Positions 1 to 13,981 of a stretch of 64,000 bases of DNA are shown here, piece after piece (within the stretch, counting starts at the first letter, position 1; each line of letters opens with the position of its first letter). Position numbers and translations under genes: made by a program. The notes beneath the pieces were generated by a model that saw only the letters and a list, made by a program, of their open reading frames with translations, had not been told where the DNA came from and ran no database searches. This stretch comes from Antedon mediterranea (lineage: Eukaryota; Animalia; Echinodermata). The stretch covers positions 17,435,237 to 17,499,236 of the forward strand of contig NC_092672.1 of the NCBI RefSeq assembly GCF_964355755.1. The letters run 5' to 3'.

Positions 1-2430
1 TTATGCCTTTTTTTAAACAGTCGTAGTTTCTAAACTAAACGGTGAAAGTTATTTTTATTACATATTCTGGAAGTTGATGAGTTGTAGATATCAAATCATA
101 CATTAATATGGCTAACAGGACATTTTGACGTCATCGTATGGCCACACGAATATAAAATATAGGATTTTTGTCTCTTTCGTTATTGCTCATCACATTCAAT
201 GGAGCGCATCACGCTTATCCGTATTCCATTTTCTCCGAGATTTTAATATTGTCTAGGTCAATCAACTACCTTTTGCATGAGTTAAAAATATTTTAATATT
301 TGTAACGTCATCATGCCTAAAAATGTTAATTACTTGGGTCATTAATTTCATCTTTACAGTAAATTTTAATCTGTTATCGCTCGTAAGAACAAAATGGGAT
401 AATCACGATTAAAATGTTTTCTGGAAGCTATTGGATTGTAGATACGAAATCATGTAAACATTTTGCCAATCGGATGTTGTGACGTCATCATATGGCCAGT
501 TAAATAAAAAAAGTCGTATTTTCACCTTTTGCGTCATAGTTCATTACATTTAAAAGAACGCGCATCAATATTTCACGTGTTGAAATTTCTTCCACACGTT
601 AATATGTTGTTGCTGAGATAATTTCCTTCCGAAATTGCTACATTCGCGTTTCATTTTGAAACCGTCAATATGTTAAAAATTTGAATAAATAGCGGGTCCC
701 GTAATTTCACCTATTCTACACTGTATGTGATATGTATACAGATTATACTGTGTATACTATATGACACAAAATAACAGAATTCAGCAATAAAAACATATCA
801 TATTCTTCAGTTCAGGTCACAATGCCATAATCTTTTTCCGTGAGCAATATTCCAACGTATGACGTGCACGTGGCGTTTGTCGTGCGGATAACTAACTCGT
901 CAAAGTGACGAGTTTCATGTCTAGTTCTTCTTTCCATCCTTCCTTTTTGTGGATCGCGTTTCTCTAAAATGTGTAAACATAACATTTCATAACTTTGACA
1001 ACATATGGGCATTTACGTGAAGTTGTGCACCTCCTATTTTTGAATGACGTCATAGTTGCGCAACGTGACTTACACGCAATTTTATGAATTTCAATGATTG
1101 ATCATAGATTAAAAACCAAAAGTCATTTAGTATTGACACTTTGACAAAATTTAAGTCATATCAGGGGCAAACTTTCTACGGATTAAAAATGGCATGTTTC
1201 ACAAGAAGTTACGCGCGCACGCGCATTTAAAATTTCAAAATGCGCAAAATTAATTTCTAATCAACTTTTTATGCGTTTCTTGTCATTTTGAGCATGTCAA
1301 AAATTCCCACGGGCGCGCAATTTTTTACGCACGCGGTGCACACAAAAACATTTTTTTCTCTTGAATTATATTTTTCAAGCCTTTCCTAGTAATTTTGAAA
1401 ACAATTTAGACCTTTTCCAATTTAAATAACGCCATACGAACACGTTGAATTAAACATTTCATGCGCGTTTTTTATAAAAAAGCTTAAAAAATCGTCAAAA
1501 TTTTGTCTTTTTTTAAACAGTCATAGTTTCTAAAGTAAACCGTGAACCGTTTATTTTTATTACAAAATCTAGAAGTTGATGAGTTGTAGATATCGGATCA
1601 TGCATCGATAAGGCCAAAAAAACATTGTGACGTCACGAATGTAAAATATAGGATTTTTGTCTCTTTCGTTATTGCTCATCACATTCAATGGAGCGCATCA
1701 CGCTTATCTGTATTCCTTTTTCTCCTACATTTATATATTGTGTAGGTCAATCAACTTTCTTTAGCATGAGATAAAAATATTTTAATTTTTATGACGTCAT
1801 CATGCCTAAAAATTTTAATTACGTGGGTCATTAATTTCATCTTTACAGTAAATTTTATTCTGTAATAGCTCGTAAGAATAAAATGTGATAATCACGATTA
1901 AAACGTTTTCTGGAAGCTATTGGATTGTAGATACGAATTCATGTAAACATTTTGCCAATCGGATGTTGTGACGTCATCATATGGCCAGTTGAATAAAAAA
2001 AGTTGTATTTTCATATTTTCCGTAATAGTTCATCACATTTAAAAGGGTGCGCATCTATATTTTACGTATTCAAATTTCTTCTACACGTTAATATGTTGTT
2101 CCTAAGATAACTTCCTTCTGAAATTGCTACTGTATCTAAGTGTTTCATTTTGAATACGTCACCATGTTAAAAATTGGAATAAATGGCGGGTCCCGTAATT
2201 TCACCTATTCTACACTGTATGTAATATGTATACAGATTATACTGTTTGCATGTATATACTATATGACACAAAATTGAAAGAATTCAGCACTAACAGCATA
2301 TCATATTCTTCAGTTCTTGTCATAATGCCATAATCTTTATCTGTGTGCAATATTCCAACGTATGACGTGCACGTGGCGTTTGTCGTGGTGCGGATAACTA
2401 ACTCGTCAAACTGACGAGTTTCATGTCTAG
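1..2430 (+). mobile_element. Two adjacent or nested non-autonomous Helitron/Helentron-like units (3' ends at 924 and 2430)
   Basis: Each ends GCGGATAACTAA + hairpin AACTCGTCA-n3-TGACGAGTT + CATGTCTAG|T. The ~1.5-kb units are similar to each other and to 13982-16896 (inverted), 7160-8020 and 35760-36620. Confidence 0.75.
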
Positions 2431-3355
2431 TGTTTTTTTGCTTCCTTATATCAATACAAATCAATTTTTTGCTGTTGGCCGAAAAAAAATTGGGATGCTT
2501 GGTCAGGGGCCAAAAGGTCAATATGGTCAAAGTTAAGACTTAACGTAAACTTGGTAACTACTGGGTGTATTGGAATATTTTTTTTTTTAAACTACTCAGA
2601 AGACCCATATTTCTATGTCTTTGACATATAGCCGGCACAAACATTTTTGGCTTAGAGCACACTTTTCATATCTCAGAAATTGTTGGGCGGATATGGTCGT
2701 AGTTGGTATTACAATACTCAGAATATACATATTTCTATTCACTCTAATGGACAAATTTTTCCAAAAATGACTGCACCTGTAACTTCACAGCAATTTACGG
2801 CAACGGCTGGTGCATTCGGCGAAATCCTTAATCTCGCGATTGTTCTGAAATCATGTGTTGTCCTTTAACTTCGATTTGTAATAACTTTACAACCAGTAAT
2901 TGTTTTGCATAATTAAAGGTAAATATCTCTAGTTTCATAATCATGTAAATCCAACTTGTACCTCCTTTTGCTTGGCAAGCATGCTTTCTATTTCTTTGAT
3001 ATTCAAATAATGTCTTTTCGAGATTACTTTTGCAAACCACAGAGGAAGGCTTCTTTTCGAGATGGGATTTTTTTTTAGATGGGCTTTTTTTTTTTAAACC
3101 TTGAAAAGAAGCCCAGAGGTTTTACGATAATATAAACCACTATATTATTAATTAAAACAGGATAGAATTAATTTAGCATTGTAAATGTACATAAAAATGA
3201 CAGTTTTACGGTAATAAACCACAATATTAGTTTCTAAAACAGGTATTGTACAATGTACATAAAAATAACAATTTAATACTCTGTATATCAAGTGCAGCTT
3301 AAAACTTCTATTTCAAAACAAAGTAGTTGTTATTTACAATAATGGTTTAACATAC

Positions 3356-3475
3356 CTTGGCATTGACTTCTTTTTCATAACCTGCCTTCAACATTTGAAA
3401 TTGTCGATTAGAGTCGGCAACCTTTGTATCAGCATCATACTTTTCATCCAACATGGACTTTTCACATTCTGCTTC
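3356..3475 (-). CDS. FLOT2: Flotillin-2 internal exon (EAECEKSMLDEKYDADTKVADSNRQFQMLKAGYEKEVNAK)
   Basis: Read by hand (absent from the ORF track). TTTAG acceptor, GTATG donor, 120 bp, phase 0-0; continues the flotillin coiled-coil region. Confidence 0.93.
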
Positions 3476-5641
3476 CTAAAGCATAAATTTAAAATTTAAT
3501 TTAAAATATTGTAACTGATCTGAACTGTGTCAAATGTATAATAATAATATTTTAAGCTTGTGGAAAGTGAAGTAATTCACAAAACGTTTTCATAATTTTA
3601 AATAAGCAAAATTATTCTTTCCATTACAAAAGAAACTAGAAATCCACTCCCAGAGTGCATACCTCCGTCTACTGTAAAGTCTCCTACATAATAGCAGCGA
3701 TAATTCCTGTTCCAATCACCACTGCCAGCGATTCTACATACAATACAAAAGTGCTACGATTTTGACGTAGTATTACGTCTTGGCAAGTAGCGACACGCAA
3801 TTTTTGACGTATAAATACGCCGTGGCAGTGAACGTGCAATCGGGTGCGAAAATGGGTAGGTGTTTTCAAAAGTTATTTTTAGCGTGCGGATTTCGGCTCG
3901 CCGGCTTTTGTACCTCATTTTTAACTCGCGTTTTCTATTAAAATATTTAATAAACATAGATTATAAATATATAAAAATAATCCCTTAAACAAGATCTTTC
4001 CAGGCATATAATTTTTATTCTCATGGGTACATAAGAAATAGTATATTTTTAACTTCAAAGACACGTCACTTTTTGAAATTTCACGAACGTGTTAAAATCC
4101 CGGTAACGAAAATCAGGTTCATTGGGATACCTAATAATATAAATGTAAAAGAAATAAAATATAAAAAAAATACATGCATTATTTATTTAATAAACATTTT
4201 TTCGAATTTTTATGGTTTTTTAAATTTGGCTAAAGGATTTTCAATTTGGCTAATGTTTTTCAAAACCTTTCGCCATTTTGGCGAACGAAAATTTGACCTT
4301 AGCGCGAGCGTAGACAATGTCTAGTAAAAACAGCTCCGGGCTACCTAAAGTATCTTCCTTTAAGCCCGGATGGCTAGTAGGTCGTGGGAACTTGAAATTG
4401 GGACGAAATGACCTCATAAAAATAATTCCAGCATAAAAGACATGCCTTGGCAACATCAGCAAAAAAACGACTTGCGCGCTGCTGTGGCCATAACAAGTGA
4501 TGAAGTAGCCGGAGCCTCTCATATTCAAGCAAATTTCCCGTATTATGATTGGCCATTTATGTTTTTGTCACCCAGGTTATTGTGAAGTAGGCGGAGCATC
4601 ATTATCAGGTTAAACATGTCACAAAAATATGACCATAAATAACGAAATGTGATTGGCCAAATGTAGTAGAATTTTGTCAATGTTAAAAATAACTTGTCTA
4701 GCCTTGTCAGGCCTGGTTGTCAGAGATCAAAGCAGGGATATTTTGTAGGGCCGGGTGGCTGGCTCTATCCCTGTAGACCATGGAGGCCGCCATTACGTGT
4801 ACAGCCCCATTAGAGAATGTGTTCATTTTTACCCGAAGTTTTGAAAAACTTCAGGTAAATGTCACTTAACCCTCTTAGTGCAGCACGTTGTCAGAATTTA
4901 CTCGCCTGAGCAACTTGCTTGTAGTGGGCATGCTCAGACTAACGATGGTGATAGGATGGTTTGATTGGGCCTAGGCTAAAATTATACGATGGCGGTTTAT
5001 TTGAATAAAATAACTCGTATCTAACTCTCCTATTATTACTTTTGTTCAAGTAAATGTACATTTATAGGTATGTATTATAAATATTTGTTTCTTGGGGTTT
5101 TCTAAATATCATTTACTGAATTCTGCTAGTTTTTGCCTCACCATTGACCTTGCATACTGAAGAATGTACCTTGTCCTAATCAATCAATTTCAAGAGAGCT
5201 AATAAAATCACAGGGGTATAATAGGATTCAGGTAATTAATCACCTGCTTAGTTGATTTATCTGATAAGGATTTTGACCAAAAAGTTCTAATGGGGATGTA
5301 CACCTAATGCATATTTTATAATATGGGTAGGCCTAGATAGAATTAAAAGACAAAAAGCTTGGTATTTTTCAATTTGTTTAAAATAAAACCAAAAATAAAT
5401 CATTTAGTGATAAAAGGCCTCTGTAAGCTTCAATAATAAGACAAAGGTATGCAGTCTCAAGACACAAGAGTTTGTATTGTTTTAATTTGGCATCATGATG
5501 GCATCATGATGGCTGCTGAGCTGCTAGGCCTAGGGTACTACCATTTTGGTAGCAGTAGGCAAGGTGCTCCAATGCAATCTTGGTACTGTAGGTCTATCCT
5601 AGCTACCCTACCATCTAATATGGGCCAGGTTAAGGCTAGGC

Positions 5642-6720
5642 GGGTGTCACGAAAGCTCAGACCACGAAAGCTCAGACCCCCTAAGACCTAAGATCACGAA
5701 AGCTAAGACCCAACACCTAAGATTACAAATATTTATCTTTCGCACCTGCCTTGTATTTTAACTCCCAACATTTATTCTGAATACCACACCTTAGAATTGG
5801 CACTTTCATGAAAAAGAATCACATAAAAAGTAACAAATACATTTTTAAATTGATGATTTTACAGACGTTTTTCTCGCACACAAAATGACTAGCCTACACA
5901 GTACAGTAGGCCTACCCCATGCCATGGGCCATGGGCCATGTTCAATGTTTTTGTTTCTATGGAACGTCAAAAGAGCAAAAATTATATAGAGGGCTGAAAA
6001 CTCTGTGGAGTCCATCTACAGTGTGGATGGAACAATGTAAAATTAAAATTGTAATGATAATAGTATAATCATGCAAGTACGAAGAAATAAATACTGGCAA
6101 ATAAATTTTAACTTAAAAGTTTTTTTGTTTCGTTTTCTTTCTGTTTTTATACTTGTACTATTATTGTTGCTCTTTTGGCGCTCCATAGAAACAAAAACAT
6201 TGAGCGGGGAGCTCGAGGAGTTACATTACAGTATACAAAGAAACACGCCTGTAAAATCATCAATTTAAAGGATTTATTTATTTGTTATGTGTTTCTCCTT
6301 CTGAAAGTACTTATAAGTCCTAATTTTAAAGTGTGGTGTTCAGGATAAAGTTAGTCAACAAATTTGGAGTCAAAATACAAGAAAGGCAGGTGCGTAAGAA
6401 AAACATCCACTGAAGCAACACAATGGAGTAAATATATACCAACAAACAACCCGTCAAGTTTGTTTGTTGTAAAGAAAAAATATACATTTACTCAACGGGC
6501 GAAAATAATGTGAGTTTATCTATGTTTTGCGGTAGTATTAAATTATATTTATGGTAATAAATGAAACCTACTGTGTTTAAAATTATGTATGGATAAACAA
6601 GTATTGTTTTTAAGCTGTAGTATATCTTAGTATTTGTAATCTTAGGTGTTGGGTCTTAGCTTTCGTGATCTTAGGTCTTAGGGGGTCTGAGCTTTCGTGG
6701 TCTGAGGTTTCGTGACACCC
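5642..6720. mobile_element. MULE-like MITE, copy 1
   Basis: TIR GGGTGTCACGAAA... of ~90 bp; exact 10-bp TSD AAGGCTAGGC (5632-41 / 6721-30); full-length inverted copy at 11613-12622. Confidence 0.85.
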
Positions 6721-7159
6721 AAGGCTAGGCCTAGGCTAAGATAGACAGAATCTGATTAGGCCCAGGCCCTAGTTGTTTCGGCTAGATTGAAGCCCAACAA
6801 CAAAAAGACCTCAATAAATCGATTCTGTGAATATGGTAATCATGAAATATTAAGCTATGCGACGCAAAGTTAATTTTTATATTATACAATAAAGAAATAC
6901 AATTTTGTGTAATTTTTCATGCAATAATAATAATACAGTATGTATGTAAATGTGTAGCACTAGCAATTCTCGAGCGTTTAGATTAGTGCGCCCTCTATTG
7001 TACAAAATGCCTGTATTTATTTATATGGCGGCCCTGCTATCACAGTGCGATATGAGTGGGCTAGTAAAATAATGTATGTATGGGCTAGTGAAATCTACAG
7101 TGAACTAGCAACATGAAAAAGATAAATCGAGCCCTGCTATGAAAGTTTCGGTGTGATGT

Positions 7160-8020
7160 TGTTAAAAATTAAAAATGCGAAAAATCGATACGCGCGATTT
7201 TATGAATTTCTCCTATTTAACATAGAACGAAAACCATAAAACAATTTTAATTGAAACTTAGCGAAAGTGTTTATTTATATCATGCGCTAACTTTTTGTGG
7301 AAAAAAAATTACATGTTTAACAGAAAGTTACGCGCATACGCACGTTTAAAATTTTAAAATGTGAAAAATCAATTTCTAATCAACTTGCTTGCGTTTCATG
7401 TTATTTTGAGCATGTCAAAAATTCCCACGAGTGCGCATGTAGCGTTAAAAACATACTTTTTTTGTGTGATTTATGTTTTTCCAACCTTTCTAGTAATTTT
7501 ATCAACTTTTGAACAATTTTGACTTAAAATTACGTCATACGAGCACGTCAAATTAGATAATCTGCAAGCGTTTATAATGAAAAAGTTTAAAAATTCGTCA
7601 AAAGTTATGCCTTTTTTGAACAATCATAGATTATAAACTACATGGTGAACTTTAATTTTTTTTACATATTCTGGAAGTTGATGAGTTGTAGATATCAAAT
7701 CATGCATCAATATGGCTAACAGAACATTGTGCCGTCATCGTATGGCCACTCAAATATAAAATAGAGGATTTTTGTCTCTCTCGTCATAGCTCATCGCATT
7801 TAATAGAGCGCATCTTCACTTTCCGTATTCCATTTCCTCCCATTTTTTTATATTGTCTAGGTCAATCAATTATCTTCCGCATGATTTACCATTTTTAAAA
7901 TTGTGATGACGTCATCATTTTCAAAAGTGTGAATAACTTGGGTCACTTTCATCAATACAGTAAATTTCAATATGGTATAGCTTCTCAATTTCCACATTTA
8001 CAGTATGTGTATATTTTTAT
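7160..8020 (+). mobile_element. Partial copy of the Helentron-like repeat family
   Basis: Colinear similarity to about 1070-1860; ends not resolved. Confidence 0.65.
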
Positions 8021-8246
8021 AGATTTATTTTAAGTATATTATTGTATTAAATATTTTGTTTTGTTGACACGAATGCACCAATTATCATTAAGTGCTGCCG
8101 ATAAAAAGGTGTAAATTCAAATAAATATTACTATTAATTTTATTATATGACTACCATTATTATTATTTTTAGATTCTGTGACTCAATTAACATAATACAT
8201 AATGTTTCAGTTTAGGTTAAATAATGACAAAAATGTCAAAACTTAC

Positions 8247-8479
8247 TCTAATACCAGCATCCCGGTTAGCTTCAGCAACACCGATGTCTGCATCTCTTTT
8301 GACCACAGCAGTTTGTGCTTTACCAAGAGAATCCAGGTAGTCAACACGATCAAAGACATCCTTGATGGTAAAACTCAAGATCTCAATACCCATACGCCCA
8401 ACATCTGGTGCAGCCACTTCACGAACTAACTGAGCAAACTGATCTCTATCTTGGTAGATGGCTTCTACACTCAGAGTGC
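8247..8479 (-). CDS. FLOT2: Flotillin-2 internal exon (GTLSVEAIYQDRDQFAQLVREVAAPDVGRMGIEILSFTIKD...RDAGIR)
   Basis: Highly conserved flotillin-2 sequence. TTTTCTAG acceptor and GTAAGT donor; 233 bp; phase 1 joins the 37735 exon in frame (G|GC = Gly). Confidence 0.96.
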
Positions 8480-8642
8480 CTAGAAAAACAATATAATATA
8501 AATTAATTTAATAAACAGCAAAATAATACAAATGATTACAAGACGTTTCACAAAATGTGTGAAGGAAAGGTCGGTGGTCTTGGACTAAATAATTCATGTA
8601 TGGATTTAAATGCTGATTTAACAAAGAAATGAAACTAGAATA

Positions 8643-9396
8643 CTGTAAAGCCAAAAATGTTCACGACGATTTTACATTTTCAACTATTTTGTGACCTTTT
8701 ATTTTTCGTGATTTGAGTTTCTTGTGTAATTTGTTGAACCAAATTGGCAAATGTATTTCGCCTCCGCAATGAACGTCAAAACAACAATTGAATAGCTTCA
8801 ATAAAATTACAGAATACGCGATTGTAAATTTTAAAGGGATGTAAAAAAATCAATGTTTTGGCTACACAGTGGGTGACGCACATGCTTAATACTGTAGGCT
8901 CTTAAATAGTGAAAACCCCCATAATTAATGTACTCTACCAATTTATTGTTGTTTCTACAACAACGAACGGACGGATGCGAAGCGACCGGATGGATCTCTG
9001 GAGAGCATGGTGATGGTATTTTTGCCGTTTACTACACCACAAGCTAGACCTACTGTACGCACGTAGAATAATTACTTTTATGGACATATTACAACTTATT
9101 ATATGATTTAATGGACAACGGATTCATCAAGGAAGTACAATACATTTCATAAAAAATTACCTAAGAAATGTTGTAAGCTTTTTTTATTCCAATGCGAACA
9201 TTTTTTTAAATGTTTCCAAGAAAACACAATTAGAAATTTATTTGTTTCATATTAAGCCTACTAGTTAGTTAGCAAGGGCCTAGGCCTGTTCGACTTTAAT
9301 GTAAAACAACATCGTTAGGAATTTCGCGATTTTTATTTTCGCGATCGTTGTTCAATCGCGAAAATAAAGGGAGCGCAAAAATGTTGGGCTTTACAG
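8643..9396. mobile_element. TA-flanked MITE (Tc1/mariner/pogo-like)
   Basis: TA|CTGTAAAGCC...GGCTTTACAG|TA. Confidence 0.7.
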
Positions 9397-9411
9397 TAAT
9401 ATACGCACATT

Positions 9412-11220
9412 TAGTCAGGTGGCATAACAACAAAAAATGAGGAAATCGATACACGGTGGACAAAAGCGCCAAATTTGGCATGGAGCTTCGTTGGGACCTA
9501 CCAATTGATTTTTGCCTAGGAGCCACTCTGGCCGTAATTTATTTTTCAAGATGGCGGCCAAAATCCAAAATGGCCGCCAATAAATTGGAAAATCACATTT
9601 CATTTGTTGCAGAAGTCACATAGGCAAATGAACTATCAAAACATAAGTATTCATGGTCATTGAAACATATTTTAGACATGTTGCATGACATGGGTCATTC
9701 TTTGTTAAGATGATGGCAAAAATCCAACATGGCTGCCAGTAGCCTAAACTGGAATATCATTCTGGTTGCAGAAATCGCATATAGGTATCAAACGAAGTTG
9801 GAAAACATGGAGTAGGCCTAATCATGGTCATTGAAACATATTTTTGACATGGTACATAATATTAAAAGTCACGCGTTGCAAAGATGGTGGAAAAATTCAA
9901 AATGGCTGCCAGTAAACTAGGAAATCACATACAGTATCCGGTGGACGGCAGAAGTAATATGTAAATGAAGTAGCTGTAGTAAATGGTAGAGGTGGTATGT
10001 AAATTACAAGTAACTGTAAAAAAAATCTATAAAAAAAGTTGTAACCAGTTCAGTTTCTGAAACCACATAAAATGTGGTATTTTTGGGAAAATTAAGATTG
10101 AGGGCACAGCTGTTCACATAAGTAAAAGTACACTTTTTTACCTGTAACTAACTAAGTTTTTGTCAGAATATTTTTTAAATGGTCTTATTTGATAGATAAT
10201 TACATTTTCTTTATATTAAAAAAAAACAAATTTTACATTAAATATCCATAGTTCAGATAAATTTACGTTAAGTGCCTAAAATCAGCAAATATAACACATT
10301 TCAAATACTATTGGATGTTAACAAATTACAAATTTAGTTATCATAAATAGGATTCTTTTACATTTTCATAGAAACTGTTTTATTATAAAACATATAAATA
10401 TATATTTTTCTAACAATTTCTCATAAAAAAACTTTTACGACCACTAGTTTTCGAGATATAGAAATGTGTACTAACAGTACAGGGTCATTTTCTTGGAAAA
10501 GTTTGTATTAGATTGAATAGAAACATCCATCTTCTGATTAATTTGAGACCTATTTAAAATTTGTCCAACTGTTAGTTACCATGTAGGTCAAAGGTCAATA
10601 ATACCAAAAATCATACTTCCGGCCATTTTTTGACAAATGTTTCCATTAGGACGAATATTAATATGCATCTTCCAAATAATTTGACACTAAAATTATTTAA
10701 TTTAATGTAAGCGTTGCGGAGATATGGTTATTTTGTTTTCAATTGAGGTCAAAGGTCAAGGAAAAACTTTAGAAATTTGATAACATGGGTTTTTATAACT
10801 AGCATGGTTAAAAAAATCACTTGCACTTTTCTTCTGATTTGCAGACTAAAATAAATTAGGAATGGACTATTTGTGACTTTGTATACAATTATATGTATTT
10901 TAATTTCAATGGCTACCATTTTTATTTTTGGGCGCCATCTTGGAACTCACTTTATATAATATTTCCTGAATCGGTTTTACTGACCTCAGAAATTCTTGAT
11001 TCAGTACATTATTTGTCTATTTGTAACTTTTACAGCCAGAGATATATGATATACCTATTTACTGGCAGCCATTTTGGATTTTGGCCGTCATCTTGGAAAA
11101 TCGGAAGGTGATCGGGTGGCTCCTAGGCAAAAATCAATTAGTACGTCTAAAAGAAGCCTCATGCCAAATTTGGTGCTTTTGTCCACCGTGTAACGTTTTA
11201 GTCGCTAAGCCACCTGACTA
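9412..11220. mobile_element. Academ-like non-autonomous element
   Basis: Termini TAGTCAGGTGGC...GCCACCTGACTA, imperfect TIR of ~200 bp, 3-bp TSD ATT. Confidence 0.75.
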
Positions 11221-11346
11221 ATTATGATGTAACAAATGTTGTCTTGCTATATAATCAGACTTCAAATTTCTCTACGGCCAGTGCCGTCGGTGCCCTGGAG
11301 TTTTCACCACAATAAAAAAAACACCGAATGATGAAAATATAAGTAA

Positions 11347-11580
11347 CTAGATTTGAACTCGTCAATTTGAAAAGTTCGGGTTATCTGCACATGCAACATG
11401 CACATACATTAAAATATGAACGCCAAAAAATATTATGCTATCTTATGACATGAATTAAATATGTTTACAGTGCTGAATTGTACCTATTTTGTGTCATAAA
11501 GCATACAGTGTAGCATAGATGACATACGAGACACATCTTTTAATCCAATTCATAAAATATTGGGTGGATAATTAAGTTAC
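11347..11580 (-). mobile_element. Helentron-like 3' end fragment
   Basis: A|CTAG followed by a degenerate hairpin; similar to the 3' part of 35760-36620. Confidence 0.5.
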
Positions 11581-11612
11581 AATTTAATTTTAGGCTAGCA
11601 GCATGGCCTAGA

Positions 11613-12622
11613 CGGATGTCACGAAACCTAAGACCACGAAAGCTAAGACCCCTAAGACCTAAGATCACGAGAGCTAAAACCCAAGACCTAAGATTACAAA
11701 TTCTAAGATATACTACAGTTTAAAAACAATACTTGTTTATCCATACATAATTTTAGACATAATAGGCTTCATTTATTACCATAAATATAATTAAATACTA
11801 CCGCAAAACATAGATAAACTCATACTATTTTCACCCGTTGAGTAAATGTATATTTTTTCTTTACAACAAACAAACTTGACAGGTGGTTTATTGGTATATA
11901 TTTACTCCATTGTGTTGGTTCGAAGGATGTTTATCTTTCGCACCTGCCTGGTATTTTCACTCCAAATTTGTCAACTAATTTTATCCTGAATACCACACTT
12001 TCAAAGAAAGACTTATAAGTACTTTAAGAAGGAGAAACACATAAAAACAAATAAATAAATCCTTTAAATTGACGATTTTACAAACGTGTTTCTTTCTATA
12101 CTGTAACTCCTCCCCATGCTCAATATTTTTGTTTCTATTGAGCGCCAAAAGAGCAACAATAATAGTACAAGTATAAAAACAAAAACGAAACAAAAAATTA
12201 TCATGATTTTTAAATTAAAATTAATTTTCGAGTATTTATTCCTTCGTTATGATTTTCACTAAAAAATGCGTTAAAAATGGACTCCACAGAGTTTTCAGCC
12301 CTCTATATAATTTTCGCTTTTTTTACGTTCCATAAAAACAAAAATATTGAACATGGGGTAGGCCTAGGCTAGTCTTGCGAAATTCGCAAACAGTATGTGT
12401 GCAAGAAAAACATCAATTTAAAAATGTGTTTGTTACTTATTATGTGATTCTTTTTCATAAAAGTGCTAATTGTAAGGTGTGGTATTCAGAATAAATGTTG
12501 GAGTTAAATACAAGGCAGGTGCGAAAGAAAAATATTTGTAATCTTAGGTCTTGGGTCTTAGCTTTTGTGATCTTAGGTCTTAGGGGGTCTTAGCTTTCGT
12601 GGTCTTAGGTTTCGTGACACTC
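11613..12622. mobile_element. MULE-like MITE, copy 2 (inverted relative to copy 1)
   Basis: Same TIRs and interior as 5642-6720. Left TSD is TGGCCTAGAC; the right TSD is interrupted after TGGCCTA by the next element. Confidence 0.85.
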
Positions 12623-13981
12623 TGGCCTACCCTTTGCAAAAAAGCCGTATACGATCCGTATATGCTGAAAACGTATACGACGTATACGGATCGTATACGA
12701 TTTCACTGTTTACATTATTTCCACTCTGTTGCTCCACCAAGAGTTGGCGTCGTATACGTTTAGCATACGTAACGTATACGTTGTTTATTCATGATAAGAA
12801 TATCGTATACAGGACGTATACGAATCATATACGAACAAACTAGGCCATTTTATAAATTATAATAGCAGTAATGAGTAGAATAGAGCTAAATAAAACATTT
12901 AAATTGTCATTACAACAAATACGTACGTAGGCTCTGGCCTAGGGCTAGGCCTCTAGCTAGCACCAGCCATTAGAGTAGTAGTATTAATTATTAATAAGTA
13001 GTAGGAGCTAGAACATAAGATCATATTTATTTCTATATTTATTAGATAGCCTAGGCTACCGATAAAATTCGTTTTTCGCAAGTAAATAAAGTACGCTAAA
13101 CAGGTATACTACTATACTACGGGTTTATTCAGTCAACGAATTATTTGTAATTTATATCTTATCTAACTAAAACATTGGAAAGTTTAATAATTTTGTATGG
13201 CTATTTATATCAGTTAAAAAAAAAAATTCAAAACATGTTTACGTGTCGTGTCAAGTCTGTTACGAACATCATTTGGAAGATTAGACAGGCCCACACCACA
13301 TGTGCAGAGTGCTAGTCTGTCATCACTGGTTGTTGATAAGGAAGCCCCAGCAGGACAAACTAATATACACAATAAAACGTCTGGATACAGGTCAAATGTC
13401 ACTGCTACAGATCATAACACCTTTCGTGTCAACTTTTTTTGCGCTGTGTTACGCACATCATATTACTTTATTATAATCAAATATCCTATCACATTGGAAC
13501 ACAATCAAGGTATGTTTTCAAATATTATTGTAATATAAGTATCTATGGACACTAATAACCTTTGATTTTTTACTTAATGGTAGAAATTTATGTTAAAATC
13601 GTAATTTACTTTGTGTTTTTTACAGTTCCCTGGGTGTAAACAAACATTTTTCAGCTGATACTTTGGGGTCAGCTGTTACGAACATCAATGTAAACATCTG
13701 CTTTTTGCAAAATAAAACACATCTTCGTTGTTTTAACAATAACAAATTTAATTTAAAATCATCATGTTGATTTTGTATTGTAAATAAATATAATTTTGTA
13801 TGAAGTTGTATTTTACGTAGTTCCGACTGTCAATTGATGCATTGTTGACGTTCGTAACTTTGACACAATTACCCTCACTGAATAATCATGTCGCCTGTTA
13901 CGAACATAAAATTAAATTCATACATGCTGTCCTTTGCCAATAACACGTATCCTAAAGTGTGTTGATCAACATAAAATACAA